Shown in pieces: positions 27,385 to 39,521 of a DNA stretch of 64,000 nucleotides. The stretch lies in contig OX597823.1 in NCBI GenBank assembly GCA_951406725.2, positions 26,908,001-26,972,000 of the forward strand, in the 5' to 3' direction. Made by a program: the position numbers and the translations under genes. Each line of letters opens with the position of its first letter. Position 1 is the first letter of the stretch. Source of the stretch: Octopus vulgaris (taxonomy: Eukaryota). The notes under the pieces are model-generated. The model was not told the DNA's origin. It saw nothing but the letters and a program-made list of their open reading frames with translations, and did no database searches.

Positions 27385-27872
27385 CCTGTCTATCTATGTA
27401 TCTATCTATCTGTCTATCTATATTTCCTCAGTGTTCATCAACGGGAGACATGAGCCATCATCGACAAGACGAATAAACTGGCGTTTGGATAATGAATTAC
27501 TCTGTGGTATTCATTTCAAGCATCATATACGTTTTCTTGTCACATCATAAATGAAGTGAACCAGTGACTGTTCTGTTGGAAGCCTGTAACTAACAGGGCT
27601 ATAGTTCAAAGAACGCGATATAAAATAAACACACACAAATACATACACACACATATATATATAAAGTGTGTCTTACATAACAAAAAGTGACAGAGAGGGA
27701 GAGCGAGGGAGAGAAAAAGAGAGGGAGAATCAGTGATAGAAATACAAATCTCTGTTTTCCACGAGTTGAAAAATGGCTGTCTAGATTCAACTCCAGTAGA
27801 CGATATCATATAAACGTGATCAATAAACGCTGAAAAGCTATCTCTGTTCTCAAATGACATTTATATATATTC

Positions 27873-27936
<64 letters not shown>

Positions 27937-28063
27937 ACACAAAGACACACACACATATATAAACATATTTACGTATATGCACATATATATATAACATACA
28001 TATGCACACACACGCACATATATACATATACGCACACACACACATATACAAACATATATATTC

Positions 28064-28110
<47 letters not shown>

Positions 28111-28188
28111 TAGACATACGTATATATAGATAGATATATATATGTATACATATATGTATACATATATGTATGTATGTATGTATGTATG

Positions 28189-28227
<39 letters not shown>

Positions 28228-28734
28228 ATATATATATATATATACGTATGTATGTATATGTATTCCTATATGATGACGGCATTGATTATTGAAATGCATA
28301 GAAAGAAAACTTTGAAAAGATGCGAAACTTGATGTCAATAAATTGGAAAGAATAGTGGAATGGGAAAAAAAAAGCAAGCTGAGTGATGTTACAGACAAAA
28401 TAATTTGTGATTTGGTGTACTTACACCGTATTACATTCTGTGTTCAATTCCAGTTTAGGTAAAATGATACATTTCATCTTTCCTGTGTCAATAAATTTAA
28501 GGACTTACTAAGCGGTTAGAAAAAAACAACTGTTTACTCTTTGCTTTATATATTCGACATTTCGGGTTTAAGAACCTTTGTCAACAGAAAATGGTTATGC
28601 TGACGAGCTCCACTCATCCTTGTGTCATTTGTAAATCCTGTCGATTTAAAATAATAGAATACGTATTATCTCATGTATTGAGTTCTATTTGTCATCTTTG
28701 TTCTACCAAACTGTGTGTGTGTATGTGTGTGTTA

Positions 28735-28818
<84 letters not shown>

Positions 28819-28936
28819 GCCAGTCTGTCTGTCTGCCTGCCTGTCTGTCTGTCTGTCTGTCTGTCTGTCTGCCTGTCTAACTGTATGTTTGTCGGTCAGT
28901 CTGTCTTTCTGACTATATATCGATACAAACATGGTA

Positions 28937-28982
<46 letters not shown>

Positions 28983-28987
<5 letters not shown>

Positions 28988-29660
28988 TAACGAAAACGAA
29001 GTCTGGCGGTTATCTGTGAACATCATGTTTCTGGATTATAAACATATTGAATATATATTTCATATATATTTTTGATATATATTTCATATACATTGCATAT
29101 ATATTTCACATCCTTCTTCAGCACAGCTTTCCATTGAAAAAGATTTATCATAGATTTATCAAATGCTACGTACCTCAAACCTTCTGACCATGCGACATCA
29201 AAATATTTGAAGAAAGTGAGCAAAAGCTAAACCTACATAGACGTTTGAATTCGTAAATCTTCCCCACAAAATTTTGCCATGCGCACTACAAAAATAGTTC
29301 CATAAGATTGGGAACTATTGGGTTGTCATTCCCAATCTTATGGAACTATTTTTGTAGTGCGCATGGCAAAATTTTGTGGGGAAGATTTACGAATTCAAAC
29401 GTCTATGTAGGTTTAGCTTTTGCTCACTTTCTTCAAATATTTTGATGTCGCATGGTCAGAAGGTTTGAGGTACGTAGCATTTGATAAATCTATGATAAAT
29501 CTTTTTCAATGGAAAGCTGTGCTGAAGAAGGATGTGAAATATATATGCAATGTATATGAAATATATATCAAAAATATATATGAAATATATATTCAATATG
29601 TTTATAATCCAGAAACATGATGTTCACAGATAACCGCCAGACTTCGTTTTCGTTATCTAT
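28983..29660. repeat. Palindrome with 332-bp arms (no mismatch seen) and a 14-nt spacer; part of a (TA)n-flanked module extending to ~29925
   Basis: 28983-29314 is the reverse complement of 29329-29660 (coordinate sums are equal, so no indel). The ORF track gives identical 66-aa translations at 29023-29223(-) and 29420-29620(+). Confidence 0.95.
29517..29629 (+). ncRNA. Type-I hammerhead ribozyme-like motif (mirror copy on - strand at 29014-29126)
   Basis: ctgtg-CTGAAGA-A-GGAT-[73-nt AT-rich insert]-ATCC-A-GAAA-CA-tga-TG-TT-cacag: 5-bp stem I, intact CUGANGA/GAAA core, GUU site. Confidence 0.65.
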
Positions 29661-29925
29661 TCCTTCTGTTTTGCATATGTGAATTACAGGGTTTGTCGTG
29701 CCCGGAGTCCAACTTTGATAGAAATAAGCATTCTTGACTGCTATTTCTATTTTTTCGGTATGCGGTCAAGCAACCTGTTTGCCTGTCCCCTTTTTCTTAT
29801 ATACAATATATATACTGAACTTTACAGAAGTTCCTGCCGGTAATCGGCTATATTTACATACCGAATTCTACCAGTAAATAATTGGGTTTTTTTTAAAAGC
29901 CTTTATAGAAATTATTTACTCTTAT

Positions 29926-29994
<69 letters not shown>

Positions 29995-30090
29995 CGCACC
30001 CATCAATATATATATATATAAATTAGAAAAAACATCTTTTATCAATTCAATAATGAAAACTTAAATTATACCATCTAGAAAATTACATCT

Positions 30091-30229
30091 TATAGAAAGA
30101 TTAAATATAAGATAAAACATATAACGATGATTAAGTAATGTGCAAAATAATAAATAAAACGTATATATTTGGTAGAATAACGACATGTTTTTCGTGGTTA
30201 TATTCAAGAAATGATTATAGTAAAAATAT

Positions 30230-30270
<41 letters not shown>

Positions 30271-30466
30271 AAATCACTTCAATATAAATATAGCCACTCA
30301 TCAGTAGTGATTTTACTACTACTACTAATATTTTTACTATAATCATTTCTTAAATATAGCCACGAAAAACATGTCGTTATTCTACCAAATATATACGTTT
30401 TATTTATTATTTTATACATTACTTAATTATCGTTATATGTTTTATCTTATATTTAATCTTTCTATA
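30091..30466. repeat. ~160-190-bp inverted repeat with (TAG)n; overlaps a minus-strand hammerhead-like motif (30182-30304)
   Basis: 30091-30278 vs 30306-30466 differ by a few substitutions and by (TAG) copy number. The minus strand reads CTGATGA-GTGGCTATATT...AATATAACCAC-GAAA-aacatg-TC. Confidence 0.85.
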
Positions 30467-30489
30467 TGTAATATAGTACTGACATGGTC

Positions 30490-30900
30490 ATTGGTACTGA
30501 CATGGACATTGCAAGCTTTCGCAACAACCAAGGCACTGTACCCTGCTTCCAATCGGTCGATAGCTTGTCCTCTCCGTGCTGCTGATAGTCAGATCATACC
30601 TGAAATTACGAATGCCAGGAAGGCGGTTTAAGTTGAATTTTGTACCCATAACCTCCACGTGATGGACGTGCATGTCAGTTTTCATGAAAATGTTTGCGAC
30701 TGCCACCCACAGCATTCAACGCAGCTGCGTTTTGGCGTCTCGTTTCAGGGAAAGTTGAAAGATTATCTGCAATGTGAGTTTCAGTTATAAACCAGCATGT
30801 CTTGGAATATTTACAATTACATCACCGAAATAAATTTGCAGAATTTACCATATAAAAATGACATTTGAAAAAATCGTGTTTCTTTTGTGGTTCAGGGTAT
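30490..30900 (-). mobile_element. 5' end of a second Tc1-like element (TIR, UTR, start of transposase HTH)
   Basis: Minus strand: TA-taccctgaaccacaaaagaaacacg TIR-like end; ATG at 30597, then MI*LSAARRGQAIDRLEAGYSALVVAKACNVHVST. Confidence 0.65.
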
Positions 30901-32430
30901 ATATCGAGAGGAGTTAAGAAATACAACGTGAAATAGAGGGAAAGGAGGAAAGAGCGTTAGAGGGAGGGAAAAAGAAAGAGAGAGGGAAAGAAGAGGGGAA
31001 GAGAGAGAGAAACGAAGAGACATTACAGATTCGTAAGATTTGCTATTTCCTCGCCGACTTATTTCTTTTCACCGCTTGCCGATAAGAAGTTGCGAATATG
31101 AAAATAAATGCGATACGATTTTCTGGATTCGATAAATACTTCACAGAAGGTGAATAGGTGAAGAGAAGAGAAGCAAATTAGGCGATATGAAACACTGAAC
31201 GAATGATTAGAGGAGAGAATTACACGAAAGAAAGAAAAGAGTATTTCAATAAATTGTCTCTTTTCGTGGTATTTCCAATCTTAAACACGGTTGTATCGAT
31301 TCGAATTTCAGTAATAAATTAGACAAAATTAGATTCAGCCACAGATTTTTAACCATAACTGAGTCATTCTGTTTATCTTAGTTAATTACATATAAAAGGG
31401 AGATTCCTCTTTCTTTCCTTTTCTTCCTTTCTTTCTTTCTTTCTTTTATCACTTCTCTCTCTCTATCTACCTTTATATTCTGCACGACTTGTCTTTCGCT
31501 TGTTAGCTCGAAGGATACTTTCCCCACTGTCTTCTTCTTTTTGTCTCCTCTCTTGTCTTCTTTTCTTTGTTTTCATTGTCCTTCTCTCGCTTTTTCTTTG
31601 CCCCTCCACTTTCTCTCTTTTTTTTTCTCATTTATCATATCCTTTCCTTCTTCTTTAACTGAAACACTAAACGACACTAATCTGATACTGTATTCACTTA
31701 GGCGAGCGATGCACTTACGCAGACTGATTAACAACTGAGAAAATGAACATGGTAAACACCGAGATGACAAACAGTCCAATTAAAATGCTCACAAGGAAAA
31801 ATGTAAACAGACACACACATTACTGAGCCGAGAAAGGCAAAAGTAAACAACGATGTGATATACAGAAGGTTGGTTAAAAAGTCGAGTAAGGAATAAGATA
31901 TATAAAATGGTGACACGAATTTATTGAATAAACAGCTGAAACGGGAACGTGGTAAACATGGCGAATATTTTGCAAGGAAATAAACTGGTATAATATAGAT
32001 TATTTCTATATGAATTTGACAAGCGTGAACAATGGACAACAATGTATGTACCAGTTAAAGAAGATATGGAATATTTACTTACCTGTTTTATCAGGAACAG
32101 ATGACCTGCCGACAATCGTTTAGCTATACCATTAGTTATTGACACGGCATGTACATTTATCAGTCAGAACGGACAATGGAACGAAGCGGTCACTTTATAA
32201 ATCACCTGAAGATAATAACTGTGACAGAAAGGTAATGGAAATTATCTTCAGAGTACTGTAATGTGGGAATATATGTAAGCTGGAATGCTTACATACACGC
32301 TAGATGATATAATGTAACGCATAAGCTCATGGCCTCGACACTACAACTTCAGTTCACGTAAGCGAGATATTTTCTCGGTGATAGTCAACGATTTTACAAG
32401 TTTTAGACACACGCGCGCGTGCACAAACGG

Positions 32431-32468
<38 letters not shown>

Positions 32469-34254
32469 GCACACGTACACAAACACTCACACATACCCTT
32501 CATTGTCTTTGTTGTTCTACTGGCCATTCTGTGTTATATTCCTCAGCTAATTTTCGCTTCAGTTATGCCATTGATTCTCAGCCGAGCTTCATATGACCCT
32601 AAGATGAGTTTTGGGGGGGAGTCCATATGGGCAAAATAGTTAATTAGGAGTCTGTGGTAGTATTCTAGGGGTCCATGAAGACATTTTATTTTGGACATAT
32701 TTTTGCAAGAAACAGCTAAGTTTCTTTCTCTAACACTAGCGTGTAAACTTTCTTATTTCTGCCTTTACTTGAGTATTTCGTGCAGTGACATTTGCAATGG
32801 TACGATTTTATGCAAATTATCTAGGTAATAGATTTTTAAATATTTGGATGCCTGGTCTGCTGAAGATAAGAAAGGTTATTTTGCTACACTGATGAGACAC
32901 ATATCACAAACGCATGTTCATAGCTGTCATTTTGTCTTCAGAAAATCACTGTCATTTCATTAATGGCTTGTCAATTTTGAAGAGTTCTCGACGGTTGAGA
33001 TGATGTTCCTTCCTCATTTGGAGTTAGCACCACTAACTGTCACGAAGCGTTTGAAGCATGTTCTCTTTGGAAGACGAAACTCTTTCAATTAATCGAATTT
33101 CACTTGAATGTGCATTACTACAATCCCATTCGTCTTAGGTCATTTTCATTTCGCATACATACATACATACATACATACATACATACATACATGCATACAT
33201 ACATACACACATACATACATGCATGCATACATACATACACACATACATACATACATACATATATACATACATATGTACATACATGCATACATACATACAT
33301 GTGTATGTATGTTTGTCTTCAAATAACGTCCCCAGTTCTTCACAAATATTTTGCAGTATTTGTGCACAAATCCAAAATCATCAAGAAAAATGTACAGAGG
33401 AAAAACATCGAGGGACAATTGAGGTAAAAAAAAGGGAGGATTCAAGTAAAGAGATGAAGAAAGAGTGAAAGTTTAAATAGAGTAGTAAGATCATCTCTTC
33501 TCTCTCTCTCTCTCTCACGCGCTCACTGTCTCACATGGGATATTTCCGTTTCTCACTCACACACACATATATTCTTTCTCTTAGCCACACGATACACACA
33601 CACAAGCACTCTCTTATTTACTCATCTGTATAGACAGTATATATTTGAACACTTATTAAAATTCCTCTTTTAAAAACTGTATCTTCGAAAAGCTAGTATG
33701 CCGCCGCTTCAAATGCCATGGAACTTAGAAACTAATTCAATTTCTTCTTTCACATATAAATTTTTATGTCCATGTAAAGTCAGCTATGCTCTCCTCTGCC
33801 TTCCTTTATTCTCTCTGTCTCTGTCTCTCCCGCCTCTCTCTATATTATCTATCTATTTATCTGTCTATGTATCTCTCTATATTCTTTTACTTGTTCCAAA
33901 TATCACCAACTCAAGCTTGCCTATCATCAAAGTATCGAACTAAAATATTTAATCGTTGATCGTATACTTATTGAAAGTGAAAGGCAATGAAATAAAAAAA
34001 CAAAACAAATTTAAGCAAAGGTTGACAAAATCTAAGTTTGATCTAAACAACAATGATAAAGCATTCATGGCGACCAATGCAATTACAAACGGTATGGTAA
34101 GTATCGGTTCATACATACCGGTCATATCAACACAAGAATCGGACGAAGAATATTTTCCAAACGCAAATATGAACTGTAAGAACAGAAATTTGATCTACAC
34201 CAAATGCCTGAATTGAGAAGATATATATACATACATACATACATACATAAATAC

Positions 34255-34311
<57 letters not shown>

Positions 34312-34328
34312 TATATACGTATATATAC

Positions 34329-34395
<67 letters not shown>

Positions 34396-34746
34396 CCAGA
34401 CAGGAAACTCAACACCGGAACTCGTAGGAGTACAGTGGCAACATATTCGAGACCATAACATCTATCAGATCTCATTAAGTAACCATCTAGAAACATGCAG
34501 CTATAATTTGTTTTTGATATTTCTATTTTACAAACATAGCGATTCAAGTGAAGTTTGAAGTAGAGTAAGAGAAAAATATTTTGAGAGGTTTAAACCCATT
34601 CTAAATAGACATGACTAATAATAATGACCAGGAAGCATCATGGAAGTAGCTCAGCAAGGGTGACCTAAAAATGAAGACTGAAAGCTTAATCATCGCTGCC
34701 CAGGACCAGGCATTAAATACCAACTCAGTGAAAAAGAATATATACC

Positions 34747-34964
34747 TATTTCTTTACTACCCACAGAGAGGACAAACAAGGACAGACAAACGGATTAAGT
34801 CGATTATATCGACCCCAGTGCGTAACTGGTACTTATTTAATCGACCCCGAAAGGATGAAAGGCAAAGTCAACCTCGGCGGAATTTGAACTCAGAACGTAA
34901 CGGCAGACGAAATACCGCTAAGCATTTCGCCCGGCGTGCTAACGTTTCTGCCACCTCGCCACCT
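34747..34964 (-). mobile_element. Nin-like SINE (family B) with 18-bp TSD, inserted in the Dong element
   Basis: TSD tgaaaaagaatatatacc (34729-34746) / tgaaaaataatatatacc (34968-34985). Confidence 0.9.
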
Positions 34965-35485
34965 TTATGAAAAATAATATATACCACACGAGTGCAGTAT
35001 GTGTGGGAAGAGGGTTGAAAGTGTAACTCACGTTGTTAGTGCTTGTGAAAGTCTTGCGCAGAAAGAGTATAAGCGTAGACACGACAAGGAAGCCCAAAAC
35101 CTCCACTGGCTATTTTGCTGTAATTATGGATATGAGGTTACGGGTGCTTGGTACCAACATACACCGAAAAAGGTAATGGACGAAAAGGGAAAGGCAAAAA
35201 TCCTTTGGGACTTTGATTTCCAGACAGACATATAATAACCTCTAGGAGGGGCGAACAAGAGTGCTTAATAATCGACGTAGCAGTGCCACGAGATTAGCAT
35301 ATCATTATGAAAGAAAGAGAAATTGTTAAGAAATATGGAGACCCGAGAATTGAGATTGCTAAGATGCGCCAGCTACGAGAGTCAATCGTAAAGTTTATTT
35401 ATCCCTATTGTCATCGGAACATAGGGTTTAAAACCACCCAATCTGAAAAAAGAAAAAAACGTCTGAAAACCTTAGAAATAACTTA

Positions 35486-35906
35486 CAGGAGTGGCTGTGT
35501 GGTAAGTAGCTTGTTTACCAACCACATGGTTCCGGGTTCAGTCTCACTGCGTGGCACCTTGGGTAAGTGTCTTCTACTATAGCCTCGGGCCGACCAAAGC
35601 CTTGTGAGTGGATTTGGTAGACGGAAACTGAAAGAAGCCTGTCGTATATATGTATATATATATATATATGTGTGTGTGTGTATGTGTTTGTGTGTCTGTG
35701 TTTGTCCCCCTAGCATTGCTTGACAACCGATGCTGGTGTGTTTATGTCTCCGTTACTTAGCGGTTCGGCAAAAGAGACCGATAAAATAAGTACTGGGCTT
35801 ACAAAAGAATAAGTCCTGGGGTCGATTTGCTCGATTAAAGGCGGTGCTTCAGCATGGCCGCAGTCAAATGACTGAAACAAGTAAAAGAGTAAAAGAGTAA
35901 AGAGTA
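35486..35906 (+). mobile_element. CORE-like SINE (family A) inserted in the Dong element
   Basis: Full head, CORE and tail, ending gaaacaagtaaaagagtaaaagagtaaagag. The Dong frame reads ..LEITY | NLDVLQK.. across it. Confidence 0.9.
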
Positions 35907-36789
35907 ATCTAGATGTATTGCAAAAGTCGGCATTACTTGGAACTGCACGCATATTGTGTAAAGTAATGTCTGTCCTTGTTGTGACTTGACAAACAGAACA
36001 AACTCCCGACAGACACAATATCTTCAATCAACAACCTCACGATATTGTATACTGTGCGACGTCTATAATAATAAAATCAAATTTTAGTTTAAATTCTGTT
36101 TAATAATCAGGTTATTAATCCGAATTTTCACTTAATTTCACTTAACAATATTTAAGACGGGACTATGGTTTGTAATTTCATATTTTTCCAACACCTAATT
36201 GTAGCCGAATCCTCTAGCAGTGTTACTAATTGTTTAAAATGTTTCTATAAATAAGCGTGGACAATGCCAACTGTATTACAGCGTTCGGCAAACCATGACG
36301 CTAAAGCCGCATGCTGATTAGTTAAGATAGTGTTAGTGACCATTATGGCGTGGGAAGCGGATAAAAATAACGCATAATTATATACGTTCCTGATGCAGTG
36401 TAGACTCATGAAATAAAGCAAATCATTGACCAGAGTTAATATAATCTTTCATTTGAAAGACCCATGGGTATTCATATTCTATAAGCCACATTTTACGAAA
36501 GGCTATTTTCCTGTTTTACTTAACGACATATTCACGCAAATGTTTGTCATGTAATAAGTTCGTGGCAGTATCATTTGCTAGAGATAATGTAGATAAAATA
36601 TAAGCATTTCCATGTGGCATGCTTGCACACACACACACACACACACAAACATAGACGTGTGTATGTATCTATGTATGTATACGTAATATATGTACGTATG
36701 TGTGTTAGAGGCAGATTCATTTTCTGATGCTCTGAAGCATGAATTGTATAGTTCCCGACTTCACAACCACCGACGATAGGTTAACATCC

Positions 36790-37692
36790 AGGAATTATTT
36801 TGTCGACCCCATAAAGATGAAAGACACAGTCGATCACGGAGGAATTTGAACTCAGAATGTAAAGACGGACGATGTATCGTTGGGCATTTTCCCTGGCGCG
36901 CTAACGATTTTACTAGTTCGCAAATAAACTGAAGAATCTTCAATACATTACGTTTCGGATGATGTCTTATTCTCTGTTCTGAGGTTTTCTAAAGTGCAAA
37001 TATTCTCTGAACTGAAACATTCATTTACTAATATGTGGTCAATATAATTTGAAATAGGATGCTATTTTTATATCGTTTTAACGGTGGAACTCAATATAGA
37101 TAAAGCTATAAATAATCCTTTCTATTATTGGCACAAAGCCTGGATTCATGTACCGAGAGAGACAATCGATCACATCGACCCCAGAACTCGACTGATCTTA
37201 ATTTATCGACCCCGAAAGAATGAAAGGCAAAGTCGAACTCGGCGGCATTTGAACTCAGAACGTAACGACGGGCGAAATACAGCTAAGATACAGCTGTGTA
37301 TAATAGCATGTAGAATATTCGTTTCTACTCTAGGCACAAAGCCCGACATTTTTGAGAGAGGATGCCAGTCGATTAGATCGACATCAGTACGCAACTGGTA
37401 CTTAATTTATCGACCCCGAAAGGATGAAAGGCAAAGTCGACCTCGGTGGAATTTGAACTCAGAACGTAAAGACAGACGAAATACCATTAAGCATTTGGCC
37501 TGGGGTGCTAAGGTTTCTTATTTCTTTATTGCCCACAAGGGGCTAAGCATAGAGGGGACATACAAGGACAGACATAGGAATTAAGTCGATTACATCGACC
37601 CAGTGCGTAACTGGTACTTAATTTATTGACCCCGAAAGGATGAAAGGCAAAGCCGACCTCGGCGGAATGTGAGCTCAGAAGGTAACGGCAGA
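36790..37692 (-). mobile_element. Cluster of four Nin-like SINE copies (~36790-36920, 37117-37290, 37320-37517, 37518-37692)
   Basis: Four occurrences of the gacccc..a.gatgaaag.ca.agt core in the same orientation. Confidence 0.85.
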
Positions 37693-37901
37693 GTTTGGAG
37701 TCTCTCACCTGTTTTTTTGGAACTCACTTCCAGTTCAAAACAGCTGGTGAAAGAGTATATTCCTCTTTTATCAATTTATGGTAAAATTTCTTTGCATGTC
37801 ATTTATACTCAGGTTTCCCTTCTGAATCTTCAAAAATATGTTTGAGAAGTTTGTAAAATAGCTCTGTAACCGTTTTTAATTGCTCTGATTCCTTCCATAG
37901 T

Positions 37902-38139
37902 ACATTATTTACATTTGACGGATATTTGTCCTCATCTTGTTCGTTGTTAACACAACGTTTCGGCTGATCTACCCTCCAGCCTTCATCAGCCTTCATGGGG
38001 AAATTTCGAACCTGGGTTCTTATTCCTAAGGTATTTTTCGATGATATAATTATATTAATAATTATTGTTGTCATTGCCTGGAATCGAACTCGAAATCTTG
38101 GGATCAGTAGCCCACGCTGTTAACCACTACGCCATATGT
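37902..38139 (-). mobile_element. tRNA-headed SINE-like element containing a hammerhead ribozyme core, flanked by a 9-bp TSD
   Basis: A box tggcgtagtgg (38124-38134), B box gagttcgattcc (38080-38091), HHR CTGATGA-A-GGCTG..CAGCC-GAAA-CG-TT-gtgt (37950-37989). ttccatagt occurs at 37893-37901 and 38140-38148. Confidence 0.8.
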
Positions 38140-38169
38140 TTCCATAGTGAACACAGACATTCTATTTAT

Positions 38170-39250
38170 ACTTAATCCTTTCAGAGAAGAATCTTGGTTA
38201 CCGGATGCCGTTAAAATCCACCGTAACTACGGAGAAAAGGAAAGAAAACACAGCTCTTACAAAATATGCAAAATATCAAAATATCCAACAGCTTCAGGTG
38301 CAGTAGGCATTGTTTTCTCTCCATCAACGTTGAGTAAATGAACTGCGCATGGAACATGCTCTGCATATCTGTTTTTAAAGAGTGTTTGTAGCCCATTGTT
38401 TGAAAACTTCATGTTAAAGCTGTTATCGTAGAACACACTACAGATATTTTTAAGAGAGCGCGTTCAAAACTTGTCAAAGTTGAATGGTTCTTCCATTGGT
38501 AAAAATCTCACAGTTTTCTATCAAACACTATCAGGCCACAATTACTGGCTGACTAGCATATGTTAAGTCAGAAATATAATAGTCTATGATATCTTGATTG
38601 TAAATTTGATTCACAGTATCATTCAATCAATTCTTCATACACGGTGTTAGAAAGGTAAATAGTTGATTACTTTCCTCTCTTACATTTCTTGAGATGTTCA
38701 TATAAAAATGGGTCGACCTCTACAAGAAGCACAAAAGCTCTCATAGGTTTTTTTTTTGTGAGCCCCATTATTCGCCAGGACTTGTAAATTCCAAGTAACT
38801 TTCACTTAAAGATTTATAACGGCTACAACTATATTTAATGCTTTAAAATGGTACTAATCTGATGTGTTCTTCATGTTCTTGATCCACAGCGTCGAGAAAC
38901 ACACAATTACTATCTTATGCCCTATGCTATATTCATGATACTCCAGAGTTTCGGGGTACATTAATCTAGTCAGAAAACCTATCCGTTGTGAGTGATGTTT
39001 GGCATTTTGAGAAAAGTGTTACAAACAAAACAGTATATATATCCTTTGCTCTTTAAGTTAACTACCCAGAATCATATCACAGTTTAGTTAATTTTCAAGA
39101 AGTTTTCAAACTATTTGAGTGAAAATCATCTATTCTTCTCTTTGCACATTCTACTATATTTGGTATATTTTTATGTTACTGTGATATTACGCCCCACCTC
39201 AAAACCATGTCATACATTAAACCATTCTGTTTGAAATAGTTATCAACAGT
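38170..39250 (-). pseudogene. Highly degenerate hAT (Tip100/ZMYM1-like) transposase relic
   Basis: Minus-strand pieces: IYCFVC...FSD.IN...YHEYS..H (TTF zinc-finger-like), LLVEVDPFLYEHL..G..NYL, YDNSFNM..NGLQ...AEHVPCAVHLLNV.G...EAVGYF. Confidence 0.7.
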
Positions 39251-39521
39251 TACGGGGTAATTTGAGAGGTCACTGAATTTGTTTCTTGGTTTACATTTCT
39301 GCTTCGTAACTTCCCGTTCCAAAGTATTTATATGTTGCTCAATAGGATCATCTTATGATTGTCGAAAATGTCAAAAGTGAGTTGATAATTGCTTCAAATA
39401 GCTCCTGCAATATGTTCACTATCACTATGGTCACTGGTATTTGATTAGCTTCTTTCAGCTGAAGATGCTGGCAAAATTGACACCGAGAAATAGATTCGAA
39501 AAAACAAAAGCTCATTAGTAA

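Larger units (their letters stand above)
34617..36072 (+). mobile_element. 5'-truncated R4/Dong-type (RLE) LINE interrupted by two SINEs
   Basis: KTESLIIAAQDQALNTN, CG..VESVTHVVSAC..LAQKEYKRRHDK, KILWDFDFQTD, LQKSALLGTARIL. Short (TAA)n occurs at both ends. Confidence 0.85.

Noticed and set aside
29420-29620. Identical 66-aa ORFs on opposite strands suggesting a duplicated gene
   Set aside because: A by-product of the palindrome; non-ATG start and no recognisable domain.
34436-34480. Minus-strand TTAATGA-GATC..GGTC-TC-GAAT motif
   Set aside because: Too many core deviations to call a hammerhead.
36790-37692. Regularly recurring motif resembling a CRISPR-like array
   Set aside because: The units are SINE copies with irregular spacing in a eukaryotic context; no cas genes.
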